Source: Chrysomallon squamiferum (taxonomy: Eukaryota; Animalia; Mollusca). From it: 64,000 bases of DNA. A program made the translations under genes and the position numbers. Below the pieces are notes generated by a model. The model had not been told where the DNA came from, ran no database searches, and saw nothing but the letters and a program-made list of their open reading frames with translations. Shown piece after piece: positions 13,990 to 28,458 of this stretch. The stretch spans positions 18,228,001 through 18,292,000 of the forward strand of contig CM022672.1 in the NCBI GenBank assembly GCA_012295275.1. The letters run 5' to 3'. The stretch's first letter is position 1, and the number at the start of each line of letters is the position of its first letter.

Positions 13990-15300
13990 TTTGCTGTCAT
14001 GTTTAAAAAACCATTGTATGTATGTATGAGTATGGAAGTACATATAATGTATGAACATGTATATTAACTGAATAAACTAAAACTTTCTGATTAGTTTATA
14101 GAGATTAATTTACAGGTATTGCTATTAATTTCGTAAAGTTTTTTTCGCAAATTTAAAATATAAATAACTAAAAATAAAACCTTAACATTTACTGGGTTAT
14201 AGAGTCCAACCAGTAGGGCTTTTTAATTAATTTTCTCCAAAATAAATCAAACTGAGAACAAAAAAAAAAAAAAAAAATTAATTATTATTTTAAGTAATAA
14301 ATTCACTGAATATTTCCAGAAATATCCATTCGAACCTCCTCCATTTTCTTTCCATCCGTTGGGGGGTGGGGGGATGGGGGTGGATGGGGGATATTTAGAC
14401 CGGTTTTTGGATGACAAGAGCTTTCTTTGATTTAATCTCTGGCGGTGTCACTTTTTTTTTAAGTGCAACATTAGTGGCACCATGGACGCTAGCGCGCACC
14501 TGAGCACGTGTTAGTTGGCGCCATAAGTGAACGATGAGCTTGTTAGACGAGCCGGGTCGTCCTGGGTGAACGAGATCTCCCAGGGATGAGGTAATCGAGT
14601 CTGACAAACCCCGGTATCAGCCGCAAACTACAGAATGGAAAACTTGAAGAATGTGACTAGGGTCATGGGCTGACGTTTTACGATTCTTTATTTATTTATT
14701 TTCCTTTCTTCCTTGTCAAACGGAAGGAAAGATGAAGGATTTCTAACTATATATATGTATGTATGTGTGTGTGTGTGTGTATAGGCCTCTGCATGTATAT
14801 GTATATGTTTTTTCTTTTAGAAGAAGAAGAAGAAGAAGAAGAAGAAGAAGAAAAAAAAGAAAAAAAAAAAAAAAAAAAAAAAAAAACAAACAAAAAAAAA
14901 AAAAAAAAAAAAAAAAACGAAAGAAAGATAAGATATTTCTAACAAGCGAAAGGATTTATATAAGCTAAAAAAAAAAAAAAAAAAAAAAAAAAGAAAGAAA
15001 AAAAGGAGCAGTCGTGACCAAATAGAAAGATTCATGTTTGTATACATTTATGTATTTGTCTGTGATTATTTCATTTTGAAAAAAACAAAAACAAAAACAA
15101 ACAAACATCAGTAAATAAAATAAAATTAAATAAAATTAAATAAAATTAAATAAAATTAAATGAATGAATAAATAAAATTTAAAGAAGAAAGAAAGAAAGA
15201 TTATCAAAAGAAGAATAAAATAAATAAATTAAAAAATATCATTTACAAATAAATCACTTTAATATTCTGGGAATATAAAAGATGAAACTGAAAAAAAAAA

Positions 15301-15346
<46 letters not shown>

Positions 15347-18300
15347 TTTTATACTGATTGTTAATAATATTTTCAATAAACCGTAAGAAATACTGGGTGT
15401 AAAATATCTATCGCTTTCTCGTTTCAACCATTGCTCCAAAATCGTCGATGGGAAAAAAAAAAATACCCCACAAAATATCTTTTACAACTTATCAAAGAAG
15501 CGACAATGAAGAGGCAACATCAAGCTTCCTCTCGGTTTTCAGATTTACATAGACAATAACGAAGATGATAGTTATGATAAACCACGATGAAAATAATAAC
15601 AGTAAGAAGTATATCAGTAACGGTAATGATGATAACGGTAATGATGACAAGACGATTATGGGGATCATAATGACGACGATAATGATGAAAGATGATGATG
15701 ATGATGACGATAATAATATTAATAATAATGATAAGTAAACAAATAAAATAACGATAATAATAGTCATGATGATGATAATGATGGTGATAACAGAAATGGT
15801 TATACAATTATAAGAACAACAGTATATTTGTTTGTTTGTTTGTTTGTTTGTTTGTTTGTTTATCAACGTTTGCATTCCAAGCTGATCTACGCTTCGTTAA
15901 CCTAATTCATTACAGCGCACACAACACGTGATGATTTTTCAATAATCGTGCGTGCTGGATAACGCACGTGGTGTTTTCACGTCATGCCATATTAAGCCAT
16001 TTCACACTTCTGACTAACTCATTATAGATATGAATCGTAGGCTGCGTTTTTAAGGTTATCAGAGGCGGTTCCACGATGCTTCAAAGAGAGAGAGAGAGAG
16101 AGAGACCTTACCTATCTATCTCACGATGAAACCCCCCAATACACAGGCTTTTCAGTTTCCACTTATGTAAGCGAATTAGCGTTGTATATGTACAAACATA
16201 TTTCAGAAGGTTATTGACCGAAAGATGCTCATTCTCCACATTTTTAACATTCTGCCAAATAATGCGGTTCCGTCTCTTCTTTCTTTTTTTTGAAATTATA
16301 GAAACTATTAACTACTTTTATTAACGTAAGCAGACCAACCTACCATTGAGAAAAAAACCAAAAAAAAAAAACCAACGTAAAATAATATTAAAATAAATTT
16401 TAATAACTGCTAAATTCTGACAAGATGGAACGTTTCGGCACCATTTCTGCGTCTGTCTTGGATCCGCCGCGGTCAACATAGCTGCAAGCTTTATCTCAAT
16501 CTGTTAATCCTTAAAACCGGAAGAACAAAAAGCCAAGACAAAACTTTCCGGCTTATCGGGACTTGTCAGTATTAGGAGATAAACACGCGTGTTTGTAATT
16601 ACGCCTCTCTCTCTCTAATATACACCACGCAAGTTCCGCAAGATTTGTCTGGCTTACGCTTATCCCGTTCTGTCGAAATTTATCATAGAAATAATAATAA
16701 CCTGGCTTTGCCAACGTGACAGCAATCGTCTGCGAAATCATCCGGAACGTTTTTTTGTTTTTTTCTTCTTTGTTTTCTTTCACCTTTTTGTTTTGTTTGG
16801 TTTTTTGGTGTTGCAGAAGAAGAAGAAGAAGAAGAAGAAAAAGAAAGATATTTTTCATCTTATCTTAACATCTATGACTACTGATGTCTGTCTGCCTGTG
16901 TATTTATTTCTTAATATGTATTATGTCTATCTCTGTCTGTCTGTCTGTTATCTATCTATCTATCTATCTATCTGTAAATGTTTATATCTATTTTTCTGTC
17001 TCTGTCCGTCTGTCTGTCTGTTTGTCTATATATATCTCTGTTGTCTGTCTATCTGTTTGTCTACCTGTCTGTGTGTCTGATAGCTGTATATTTGCCTGCC
17101 TGACTATTTTATCTACCACCTTTACATTTGCTTATGCGTCTGTCTTTCTAATTTTTTTGTTTGTCACACTCTATTTTTATATGTTTGTCAGTTTTTTTAT
17201 TTATCTATCCACATCATGTTTGTCTTGTCTTTATACGAATTTACGGTACGTGTGTGTATGAATGCATGTACGAATATGTATATTTTATATATGTATGTAT
17301 ATTTGTATGCATGCATGTATGTATGTATACATATGTATCTCTGTTATCCATATCTCTATGTATGTCTGTGTGTGTGTGTCTCTGTCTCTGTCTCTCTTTC
17401 TCTCTCTTTCTCTTTCTCTCTGTCTCTCTCTCTCTCTATTATTTGTGTGCCCGTCTGTCTATTGTCTATCTCTATTATCTAAATCTGTGTCTATAAGTCT
17501 CTCTTTCTTCCTCCCTCAGTACCCCCTCCTTTAACGTTGATTTTAATATTCTGTGATACCACCGGCTGGTAATATATATATTTTTTTTCTCTCTTTGTCC
17601 CTTAGCGAAACAACATTTCGAATTAAGCACTTGCTTTGAGTCATATCGCTGTATGTTATCTGACTGCGTTGCTGTACGGAAAGAAGCATTGCGACATCAA
17701 GACTCCTTTACGGCAGAAATGGCGGTTTTCCCGGCGCATGGTACAGACGATGTTAGGCAAAGAGCCACCTTTTTCAACCTAAACATTACATTGAAAAAAA
17801 AAAAAACGTAACTTTAAAAAAAAAAAAAAAGTAGGATGGTATGGAATTTTCGTTTATTTTTTTAATGAAAAAATGTGACCAAAAAAATATAAATAAATAC
17901 ATTTTAAATTTTTAAAATTTTTAAAAAATAAATAATTAAATAAATCAATAAATAATAATTTTAAAAAAATCAAATTAAATCAAATAAAATAACTAAAATG
18001 AAAAGTATAAAAAATATGAAATTTTTAATTAATGAATAAATAAAATAAAGAACAGTTAAAACTAAAAAGAAATATGATTTCAAAAATGAGAAAACTATAT
18101 ATATATATATATATATATAATTAGGGAACAATGTAGAAGGATCGATGGACGTATGGATAGACAGATATATAGATGGTTGATAAATAGATTGATAGATCGA
18201 TAGAATGAATGACTGACTGACAGACCGACAAACAGAGAGACAGACATGATAATGATTATACTTTAGACTCGGAAATAACGTTCAATAATAAATACATTAC

Positions 18301-18413
18301 AAATTAATCAAACAAAGCAAAAATTTACTGAATAAAATTTAAGGAATGAAATTGACAAAAATAGGTAAGGAGTACAAACATGAGATGTATGTTTATAAGT
18401 GTATGTGTTTGTG

Positions 18414-18449
<36 letters not shown>

Positions 18450-18954
18450 TGTGGAAGTAAAATAATCAAACAGTCAAGGCAACAAAGTTTTTTAATGAAT
18501 GAATAATAGCTACATATAAAACAAGTAATAATAAATAAAATAAAATAAAACAAAACAAAACAAAATAAAATAAATTAAAATATAATATAATATAATATAA
18601 TATAATATAATAAAATAATATAATATAATATAATATAATATAATAAATAAATAAAAATAAAAAATAATTGATTTAGAATAAAAAGAAAAATTTGTTTACT
18701 AATTTGAAATTTATTAAAAATGTATTTTACAAACAAGCAGATTAATAATATATATTATTATTACTGTCGTTGTTGTCTCTATTGTTATTTCTTGTCGTTG
18801 TTATAGCTTTCTAGTTATGTGGGCAGAAGAAGAAATGAATGTTCATTGTAAGGACATAACAAGAATATAATTATTTTAGGTGAAACATAATTAAATTAAT
18901 TAAAGTTCGCGAAGATAGATGCCTAGCACATTTTCTAATTTCTCCAATGAAAAA

Positions 18955-18995
<41 letters not shown>

Positions 18996-20778
18996 CCTTT
19001 TTCGCTTATAATCTTCTCTTCTGATTATTTCATAATCTCATGAAATAAATTAAATTCAAGACGAAAATATTATTAATTCAATATTATATTAACAGGAAAA
19101 AAATTAAAATAAAAATAACATTTATAACTGACCTCGATATCCAAAAGAAACTGAAAAACATATTATTTTAGGAACGAAAAAAACCAACAACAAAAGATAA
19201 AAAAAGAAGAAGAAAAAACAACAAAAGAAAAAGCTGGATTTAAACAGATACAAAATAAATCAAAGAAATAAAAGTAAGAAATCTGAAAGAATATAGAAAT
19301 AATAATAAGAAGAAAGATATGATGTGTCATAAAATCACTCTAATTTCTTTATAAGAGAGGTATAGCACACACAAACACAATACAAACGAATAAACACAAA
19401 TACAAATCATGGACACAAAACGCACGCTCTGCACAAATAGAAATGCTCGCAACATGATAGAAAATTCTCCAAATATTCTCTTTGAAGTGAACAGAACTGC
19501 ATTATATAAAATCTGCATGTAAATGAAATGCCTGTTTAAAATATTTATTACCTATAATAAGCAGAAATCACAACACAGAACTGAAACAATTAATCGTTAA
19601 TAAGAGAGTTTGTCTTCGACAGAATTGAAACACAAACAGTTAATCGTTATTAATCGTTTTTGTTCGTAATTAAATATATTTACTTATAGGTTGTAATTGT
19701 CTCACTGGGCGAGAATAAAATCATTGATTTTGTAAATAATTAGTTAATACGCATGGAAAAAAAAAAAAAAAATAATAGTAAAATATTTAACGTGTACAGT
19801 TTTGAGTAATTTTGCGTTGTAGTAATAAACAGAGCAGCAGAAAACGTATCAGAAAGTACTAGATGCAGATGTTGCTGTAGTAGTAGTAGTAGTAGTAGAT
19901 GATTAATGATAATAATGATGATAGTGATGAATGATGATGATGACGATGACGATGATAATAATAATAATAACAATGCAACGACAGTAATAATAATAATTAT
20001 AATAACAATAAAAACAACAACGACGACATTGATGATGATAATAATGGTGATGCAGCTTCATCTTTTTCCGATGTTTCAGAATCTTTCATAATCATAATAA
20101 ATAAAATAATATGAAATTATTTAAAAAAAAAAAAATACTTTTTAAAAGATAAAAAATAGTATTTTTAATTACTTCGTGTAATTTTTCTTACTGTCATTTA
20201 AAAAATCATTCTAAATAATTCGTATAAGGTATGTTGTTTTCATTTTAAAGTCAGTCATATTTAAAGTGAAATTATAAAACAGAATATGAATTTTAAACAG
20301 AAATGCTCTTTTCGATTTCCATTAAAAATATATATATTAAAAAAAAAAAATAAAAAAAAAGGAAAAAAGAAAAAGAAATTAAAAGCGTTAATTTAATACT
20401 AAACTGCAAAATAAAACTGATAGCTTGATATATTACTGGGTTTTTTTTTTTTTTTCATTCTTTATAAATTTAAATTCTTGAAAACTGATGCTACTATTTT
20501 TGCGAATATACAAAATACCTGGACTAAAAATATTTCCGTTTATAAATATTGTCTTCTCAGTTTACTCGTATTTGACGGAAAGAAAGAAAGAAAAATCGAA
20601 AACAAATATACTGATTAAGTAATAAATAAATAAATAAATAAATAAATAAACAAATTAACAAATCAACAAACAAACAAACAAACAAACAAACAAACAAACC
20701 AACAAACAGAGTGTGAAGAAAATAAAAAGGATGCTGCGATCAATAAACTTTTGGATAAAATTTTTCAAAAAAATCCAC

Positions 20779-20832
<54 letters not shown>

Positions 20833-21432
20833 TCTATAAATACTGACGTAAGGCACAAATAGCATCAGCACCGGATATCCTCGTGCTGTCCAATCATTGG
20901 ACGTGAAGCGTAAATGATGGAAGCCAATTGCCCATTATAGTTCTGGCAGCGCGTGACCACGTGACGATAAACTAGCATCTGGTTGCTTGCATATAAAATA
21001 TATCATACTCCCTGACTGCATTGTAGTGGCGAAGGAATTTGGATAAAGAGGTGTGGGGGGAATACAATAACAGAAAGGAGAGAAAGAAGAATATAATGAC
21101 TATTGATAATAAAAGCAAAGACGTTTATACGTGTTCGATTAATATTCATCATCATCGTGATCAACAACAACAAAGATAACGAGATGGTAATAACAAAACA
21201 AAAAATAAATAAAACCCCCAGAACCAACAAAAAACAGTATCAGTATAAGTAATAATAAAGATAATGGTAGTAGTGACAGCAGTAGCTAGTAATGGTAGTA
21301 GTAGTAGCAGTATCAGTAGTAGTAATAGTAGAAGTAATAGTAGTAGTAGTGGTAGCAGTAGTAGCGTTTAAGAGTTGTGCATTACTATCGCTGGAAAATT
21401 ATTGAAAGTAGGAATGAAATAAGCAATTAAAA

Positions 21433-21464
<32 letters not shown>

Positions 21465-21504
21465 ATAATAATAATAATAACAAAAACAACAACAATAACA
21501 ATAA

Positions 21505-21535
<31 letters not shown>

Positions 21536-21809
21536 ATGAAGAGAGATAAAAGATACGCATTTTAGGAGTTACACATCCTTAGAAAGGATATCGTAATATA
21601 GGATTTATAAAATGAATATAAGCATATTAGACATATTTATTTTGTTGTTGTCGTTGCCTTTATTGTCAGTAGTAAAAGCAGTAGTAGAAGTACTAATAAC
21701 ACTAGCTGTCATACTCGTCACCGACGTAGAAGTGGTAGTAGTACTGTTATTAGCTGCGACAACAGTAATTATTACTATTATTATTTTTGTTGTTGTTTTT
21801 GTTGTTGTT

Positions 21810-21840
<31 letters not shown>

Positions 21841-21902
21841 TTATTATTATTTTAATTATATATTTATTTATTTATTATTATTATTTTTATTAAAATTATT
21901 GA

Positions 21903-21934
<32 letters not shown>

Positions 21935-22819
21935 TTATTATTATTATATTTATTATTATTATGTTGTTGTTGTTGCTCTATTCTTTAATTACTACATAAT
22001 ATTATATACACAGAAAGGAAAATTAAAAAGAAAAAAAAAAGAAGAAAAAAAAAAAAAAAATCGCGTTGACTCTCATTGTCTGTACGTAACATACGTGGAG
22101 GAGAGATTCCTGCGCGTTGCAGGGATAATTAACACAGATCGGTTGTCAGGGAAGCCGCACACACGAACCTGACTATGATTGATTAATATGTCAATTAGCG
22201 CGCACGTGGCCGAGATTGCGAAGTTAGATACGCGCATAGAGCTATCTTATTTTTTTAATTTTTTGTTTCCCTCTTTTTTCTTTCTGTTTGGTAATTCTTA
22301 AGATAAATGACTGTCGATAGTCGTGTGAATTTGGAATTGAATTAGAAAATGAAAGTGAAAGAACAACTGTAAGAGGTATAACTAAATCAAATAAAAATAA
22401 TAATAAAAATAAAAAAGAAAGAAAGTCACATAAAAAAAAAAAAAATAACCCCCCCCAAAAAAAATAGATAAGTAAATAAAAATAATAATAATAATAATAA
22501 AATAATAAAATAAAATAAAATAAAAACACAAAAGTGAAAAAAAAGGAGACGAACAGAAGTATTTCATGTCAACAGTAATTAAACAATGAGACCACAGAAC
22601 ATGTGTAGAAAAATGTAAATAAATAAAAAAAATAATTAAAAAAAAAAAAAAAAAATTAAATTAAAAAATAGAAAAAGAATCTATTAATTTATTTAACAAT
22701 TAAATACATATAAATACAAGCTATTATTCTATAGTAAACATGTTTTTGTATAATGATGGTAATTAATATCATTCTGTGTATTATAGCCAGATATAAGTGT
22801 AAAAACAACAACAAACTAA

Positions 22820-22955
22820 TACACTTTCCCAAAGGCAGGACAGCACATACCATTGCCTTTGATGGACATTGAGGGGCATTGGCTGGAAGTACAGTCACAG
22901 ATCCTGCATCTCGTTTCTTCTTATCAGTCGAACTCACTACCACTGAGCTACAGCA
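22820..22955 (-). mobile_element. Degraded tRNA-derived SINE fragment
   Basis: The minus strand begins GCTGTAGCTCAGTGGTAG (tRNA A-box-like head), followed by TTCCAGCCAATGC...ATCAAAGGCAATGGTATGTGCTGTCCTG. From memory this resembles the central domain of gastropod (MetaSINE-type) SINEs; not database-verified. Confidence 0.6.
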
Positions 22956-24416
22956 CTATTCACATTATCTGTAACAAATTATTGTCCCGGCTAAATCTGA
23001 TCACTGAGAAAATCTTTAATGTATGCATATATATATATATTTTTTTTTTTTTTCTTTCTTTTTCTTTTTCTTCTTCTTCTTTTTGCACTCATATACGCAA
23101 GTTCGAGCTGGGTATGATGCGTTGGTGAATGTCGTTCATCCTTCGACCCATGTTTGTGTCTTTTTACCATCACCTCCACATAATCCCTGTGTCACATCAT
23201 GATAGTTGTCTGGAGAACAGAGCTATCTCCGAACAACAAACATGATTTTGCATAACAGAAAGTTTAGTTTCCTTGTTATGATCCATGATTGTATTACTGA
23301 GTTAGCTTAATATTTATGTGTAAGTTACCTTCTTTGATATGTGCGTAAATACATATATACATATACATACATATATACATACACACATACGTACATACGT
23401 ACTTACAAACATGTATGCAAACATACATACATGCATACACAGGTATATTATATACACGCTAAGGCACACAAATGCACACAAAAGCAAATACACATAAAGC
23501 TTACTTAGATTTCCACATACTTACACGGTCACGCAAGCTCACATACGCACTGACAGTTTCAGTTAAAAACTAATGACGAAAGCTGAACGCTAAAATCTGC
23601 CTTCTTGTCCGAAAACGGAATGCATCCGAATCTCGATATCGGTTTGTTGGCCAATGAAGAAATAAAGTTGGTGGCTTCTGTCAAACTGATACATTCTTGG
23701 TGGTCAGGCAGAACTCCCAGCCACTTAGTGTGATCGTAAATCTTCGGAAAGCAATCATCATAAATAACTGGTCGATCGAGGGGTTTTAGACCAAACAGGA
23801 ATCGGTAGAATAGGCGTGTATATGTGTATATGTTCTTCTGTATAAGAAACACTTTGACGATTTATTTCTGTTATTAGTGAAATATCATAGTATATATATA
23901 TATATATATGTGTGTGTGTAAGCCAAACCTGAAGGACAAGATTGTGATTATATAAAGACATAAATACACGAATATACATCTTATTACATATACACACATA
24001 TGGAGTTGTAAACAGACACCCGCATATGCATGCACACGCATACACAAATATATATATATATATACAACAGACATATACACACGTACAACACAAACATATA
24101 CATGCATGCACAATACAAATGTAATATTATAATAACGAAGTTGTTAGGGTTGAAGAAAAATAGTAAAGAGGAAAGGAACCAAAACATGATTCCATCATCC
24201 GTTTTAATGTACAAAATGCAATGTACCAAAAAAACACTTTATAAATTTAGTACGTTTTTGAACTTTGAATAAAGTTACTATATGTTTATCACATAGGTCT
24301 ATGAAGTATCTGAATAATCAGTTTTTCGTAATCAGATTCAGATAGATGTTTTTTAAAAACTTTTAAAATACATTAAAATACGTTGTCAGAAAAATTAACT
24401 GTATGTATTTCTGTGT

Positions 24417-24510
<94 letters not shown>
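24417..24510 (+). repeat. (GA)n microsatellite
   Basis: Direct reading. Confidence 0.95.
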
Positions 24511-24513
<3 letters not shown>

Positions 24514-24691
24514 AATATACTGAGCAGGAATTTGAATTTTATGTGATGAACTAGTACCGAAAAGGTCGTTTCAAATATTTGAAAAAAAAAAAAAAAAAAT
24601 AGAAAAGATAATTAAATAATAATAATAATAATTCAAACTCCAGCACGTGTAATCAATTAAAATATGGTACATCGACATTTTTACTCTGGTT

Positions 24692-24723
<32 letters not shown>

Positions 24724-25556
24724 CTCTCTCTCTCGTGTCTTATTAAAATTGCTTTTCTTGTTTCTCATCCAGTTGCGAAACCAACGATTAGCGGGATTTA
24801 CCGTTTCCGTTTTCTAACAGCGCCGCACGGTGCAGTGTTCGTATTTGAACTTGGAGATTTTCTGCCGAGGTATGCTCGACAAAATTTAAACCAGCCACGA
24901 GTTTGGGGCTCTCGTGTCAAACAATGCACACAAACACATACATTTACGCATTTCGAGCATTCTGGCAACAGTCTAACTCTTATTGTGTACGAATGCGGAG
25001 ACACGCTGTACAAGTTCGCGCAGAATTCACGGATCTATTTTGTCGGAACGGGCTTCTTGACGTGCGTGATCTCTCTCTCTCTCTCTCTCCTACGCCTTTT
25101 CTGTATTCACCAGATGTGAAACGCACGTGTTTTATAGAAATGTAAAAAAAAAAAAAAAAAAAAATTTTTTTTTTTAAAACACGTTTTCCAAAATATCAAA
25201 AAAAAAAAATTCGCTATTTTTTAAAACGCTGTTAACCGCCAGTATCAGACCCTAACAACCCCAAATCGTGGGCGGAAGGTGAAGAGAGTGCAAAATTAAA
25301 TCTCTTTCCCCCGAGGGTAGGTCTCTGGAGATCAAGGGTTAACTTTTTCGTAGCAGCATTACGCTAGGTAGCGCAATAGTTAACCTGGCTTAAGCAGATT
25401 GAACGCATATGGATCAAAATTTAATTGTGACCGATTTCCAGTTTCTTCAATTTTTTAGCAGGCTTAAAAAAAAATTAGGAGAAAATAATAAATAAATATC
25501 TTTAAAATGTCAGTTGCTGTAAACTGCCAAATGAATAAAAATAGTAAATAAAATAA

Positions 25557-25601
<45 letters not shown>

Positions 25602-25906
25602 AATAATAATAACATGGATTGAGGATCTCTTAGTCGAAATGCCCGGGACTGGATCTGTTTTCGGATTTTGGAATATAAGGATATATTTAACCAGAGAACA
25701 GGATTTAAGTCGAAACATAAATCTCATTTATATTTCACATAGAGCGTATACTACTATACATTATATTGGATATATTGGATATTGGATAATGTGCAAGATG
25801 AATGTGTATGTATCAAACATACATAGCTAGATAGATAGATAGATAGATAGACAGATACGTACATACATCCATACATACATACATACATAGATACACATAC
25901 ATACAT

Positions 25907-25937
<31 letters not shown>

Positions 25938-28320
25938 TACATACATACATATACATTCATACATTCACAACATTAAATAATATATTACTACGTACTTAAT
26001 GCAGTCGAAATCGTAACATTAGCTTTCTTATTTTTCTTTTTTTCAATGCAGTGACATCATAATAGAATAATTGTTCACGTCATAAATAATCTCCAATTCA
26101 TATTCTGATTGTCAGTGGATTCTGTTTATTTATTAATTTATTTAGTTATAGTAAGGCTTGCAAGAAACTGTCCATTCGCGGTTGAATTTTTAGACTCCTT
26201 TCTGAAAATAATTATTAATAACTATTATTAATTTTTGTTAGATACTCATTCAAGGGACGCAACCGTTACAATATATTCGATACGATTTGGAAAACTTAGA
26301 GTTACGCCCCTTGTCATGTGATGTATGCGGTGATAATTATTAATGAGTTGTCATGAAATCTCCATATTAAACAGCTTCGACATTTGGGTGTATATATGTG
26401 TGCGTGCGTGCGTGCGTGTGTGTGTGCGCGTGTATATTTGTGTTTGTGTCTATGATTTTATGATATCTATATATGTGTTTGCGTCTTCAGGAATTACGTT
26501 ATAAACCTGCATTTTATATTTTAGACGTGCATGCATGCACACACAAAAATATCAAATGTAATAGTTATTAGCCATAATTAAGTTGACATTTCAGTGTACA
26601 TTATCTTCAACAACAACCACATATATCAGAAGTGAATGAATACAGTAATTATTACAATTATAGAACCACGTGGAACAGAAATGCTTTTATTACATATTAA
26701 TAACTACAAATATTATTTTTGTTTGTTTGTTGTGTTGTGTTTTTTTTGTTTTTTTTTTTTTTTGTTTGTTATTTTTAAAAAAAAAAAAAAAAAAAAAAAT
26801 TGTATTAATGAATTAAGCAAATAAATACATATAAATAGTATATAAGAAATGGTTTGACAGTATGTTTATTGTAACTAAATAACGGTAGGATATGATGACT
26901 AGATAAATTTTCGGTCATTGACAAAAAGTATAGCTTCTGGGGAACTATATTTACTTCGATAAATTTCTTGTTGTTTTCACATATATATTGTTCAACGTTA
27001 CTTTTTCAGTGTTTAATTGTTGGTTTAGATTTTAAAAGATCTTTCTGACAACAATTTTCATTTAAGAAAATAATAAATCAATTGTTTTTATTGAATTGTA
27101 TCTTGTTTCGAGGTATAGTTTTTGCAGACGAAAACGAAACCAGCACACGTTAATCTATTATTCTCGAGAGCGATTAGCTGATAAATAAAACATTTAATTT
27201 CATTTAGTTTTTTGTATTATTTAGGACTGCGAAATAAATGAAGTAACTGGTTACTGTCTTGAGAGAGCAACTTTATTCTTCGAAGGTTAGAATGTCGCGC
27301 AGAAATCGCCATTCGATCTCAAGAGGACTGAATCAATATCTTAAAACTAACCAGTTATCTGTATATGTCAGGGTATATTTGGAGTAGCACTAAACTGCAT
27401 TCGTTCGTGTATCGTAGATTCGTCAAACGGCAGGTGAGGAAGGTCTACCGGGATCGATTCGGTCTGGGTAAGACAGTCAGACAGAATCTGAAACCTGAAG
27501 GAACTGAGAACATAAGATAAAACAGGCTTAATAAAAAAAACCATCTTCTGTCATCAGTGTATTGTAGTTCTTGTTGAAATGTTTTTTTTGTAAAAATAAA
27601 AAACCCCAAAATAATAATAATAATAAATAAATAAATAAATAAATAAATAAAACAAAAACAAAATATAATAGAATTTTTAAAAAAAAATCTTCGTCTATTC
27701 TCATATGTTTGGCATAGATTTTTTCTTAAGCATAAGCACAAGCAATATTTATGCATTATAATCATTATCATCATCCTCGTCTTCTTATTATTTTAATGAA
27801 AAAGTTTTACATTGTAATACATCATTCATCAGTTACTGATTAAAAACGGACATTTTTGTCGTTCGTGAAGGGTTCGAAAAAATAGTCAGTTCAACTATCA
27901 GATTGACTGAAAATGTAAAGGATTTGTAAATATTATAGTAGCTAATGAGTCAGAAAAGAAGAAAAAAGGTTTCATTTGCCTATAAACATGGTTGTGCTGG
28001 AAAGGTAAATAAATGAAGTATCTAGGACGCCATCCTTTTCTTTAATACGTGCTCAAACAGGGAGTTTTACAACACGCCCATTATTTCAGTATTATTTATT
28101 TAAACAATGAATAACTGTGGCTTCCTTATCTCAGGCTTTGGCTAACGTAACGCACAGCACGATCATCCTTGTCACACACATCTTATGAGCAGAGCAGTTC
28201 AAGGAAATAACAGCTGACGTGTTTTAAATTTGTGGATATTTAGACGAATGCTGGGAGTCACTCTCTACTCCTCCCCATCCCTGTTGTTTTGCTTGCCTAT
28301 TTATTTATTTATTTATTTTA

Positions 28321-28375
<55 letters not shown>

Positions 28376-28430
28376 GTATAACTCATATCATCAAGTTGTA
28401 TTCACCACAGCAATATATTGCTGTACTTAC

Positions 28431-28458
28431 CTTCAATACTCGATACGCCCATTGTCAT
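28431..28458 (-). other. Candidate mini first exon of an unidentified minus-strand gene
   Basis: AAATAAATG ACA ATG GGC GTA TCG AGT ATT GAA G/GTAAGT: MTMGVSSIE followed by a full-consensus phase-1 donor. Confidence 0.3.

Noticed and set aside
14474-14496. GCACCATGGAC resembles the REST/RE1 element
   Set aside because: The flanks (TCA and AGCGCC) do not match in register, and REST is not established for this presumed lineage.
22930-22955. Possible tRNA gene
   Set aside because: Only an A-box-like head, with no cloverleaf or intact B-box; better explained as a SINE remnant.
26250-26313. Imperfect inverted repeat CAAGGGACGCAAC...GTTACGCCCCTTG
   Set aside because: Short, and looks like a single decayed unit of a common dispersed repeat; no evidence for a structured RNA.
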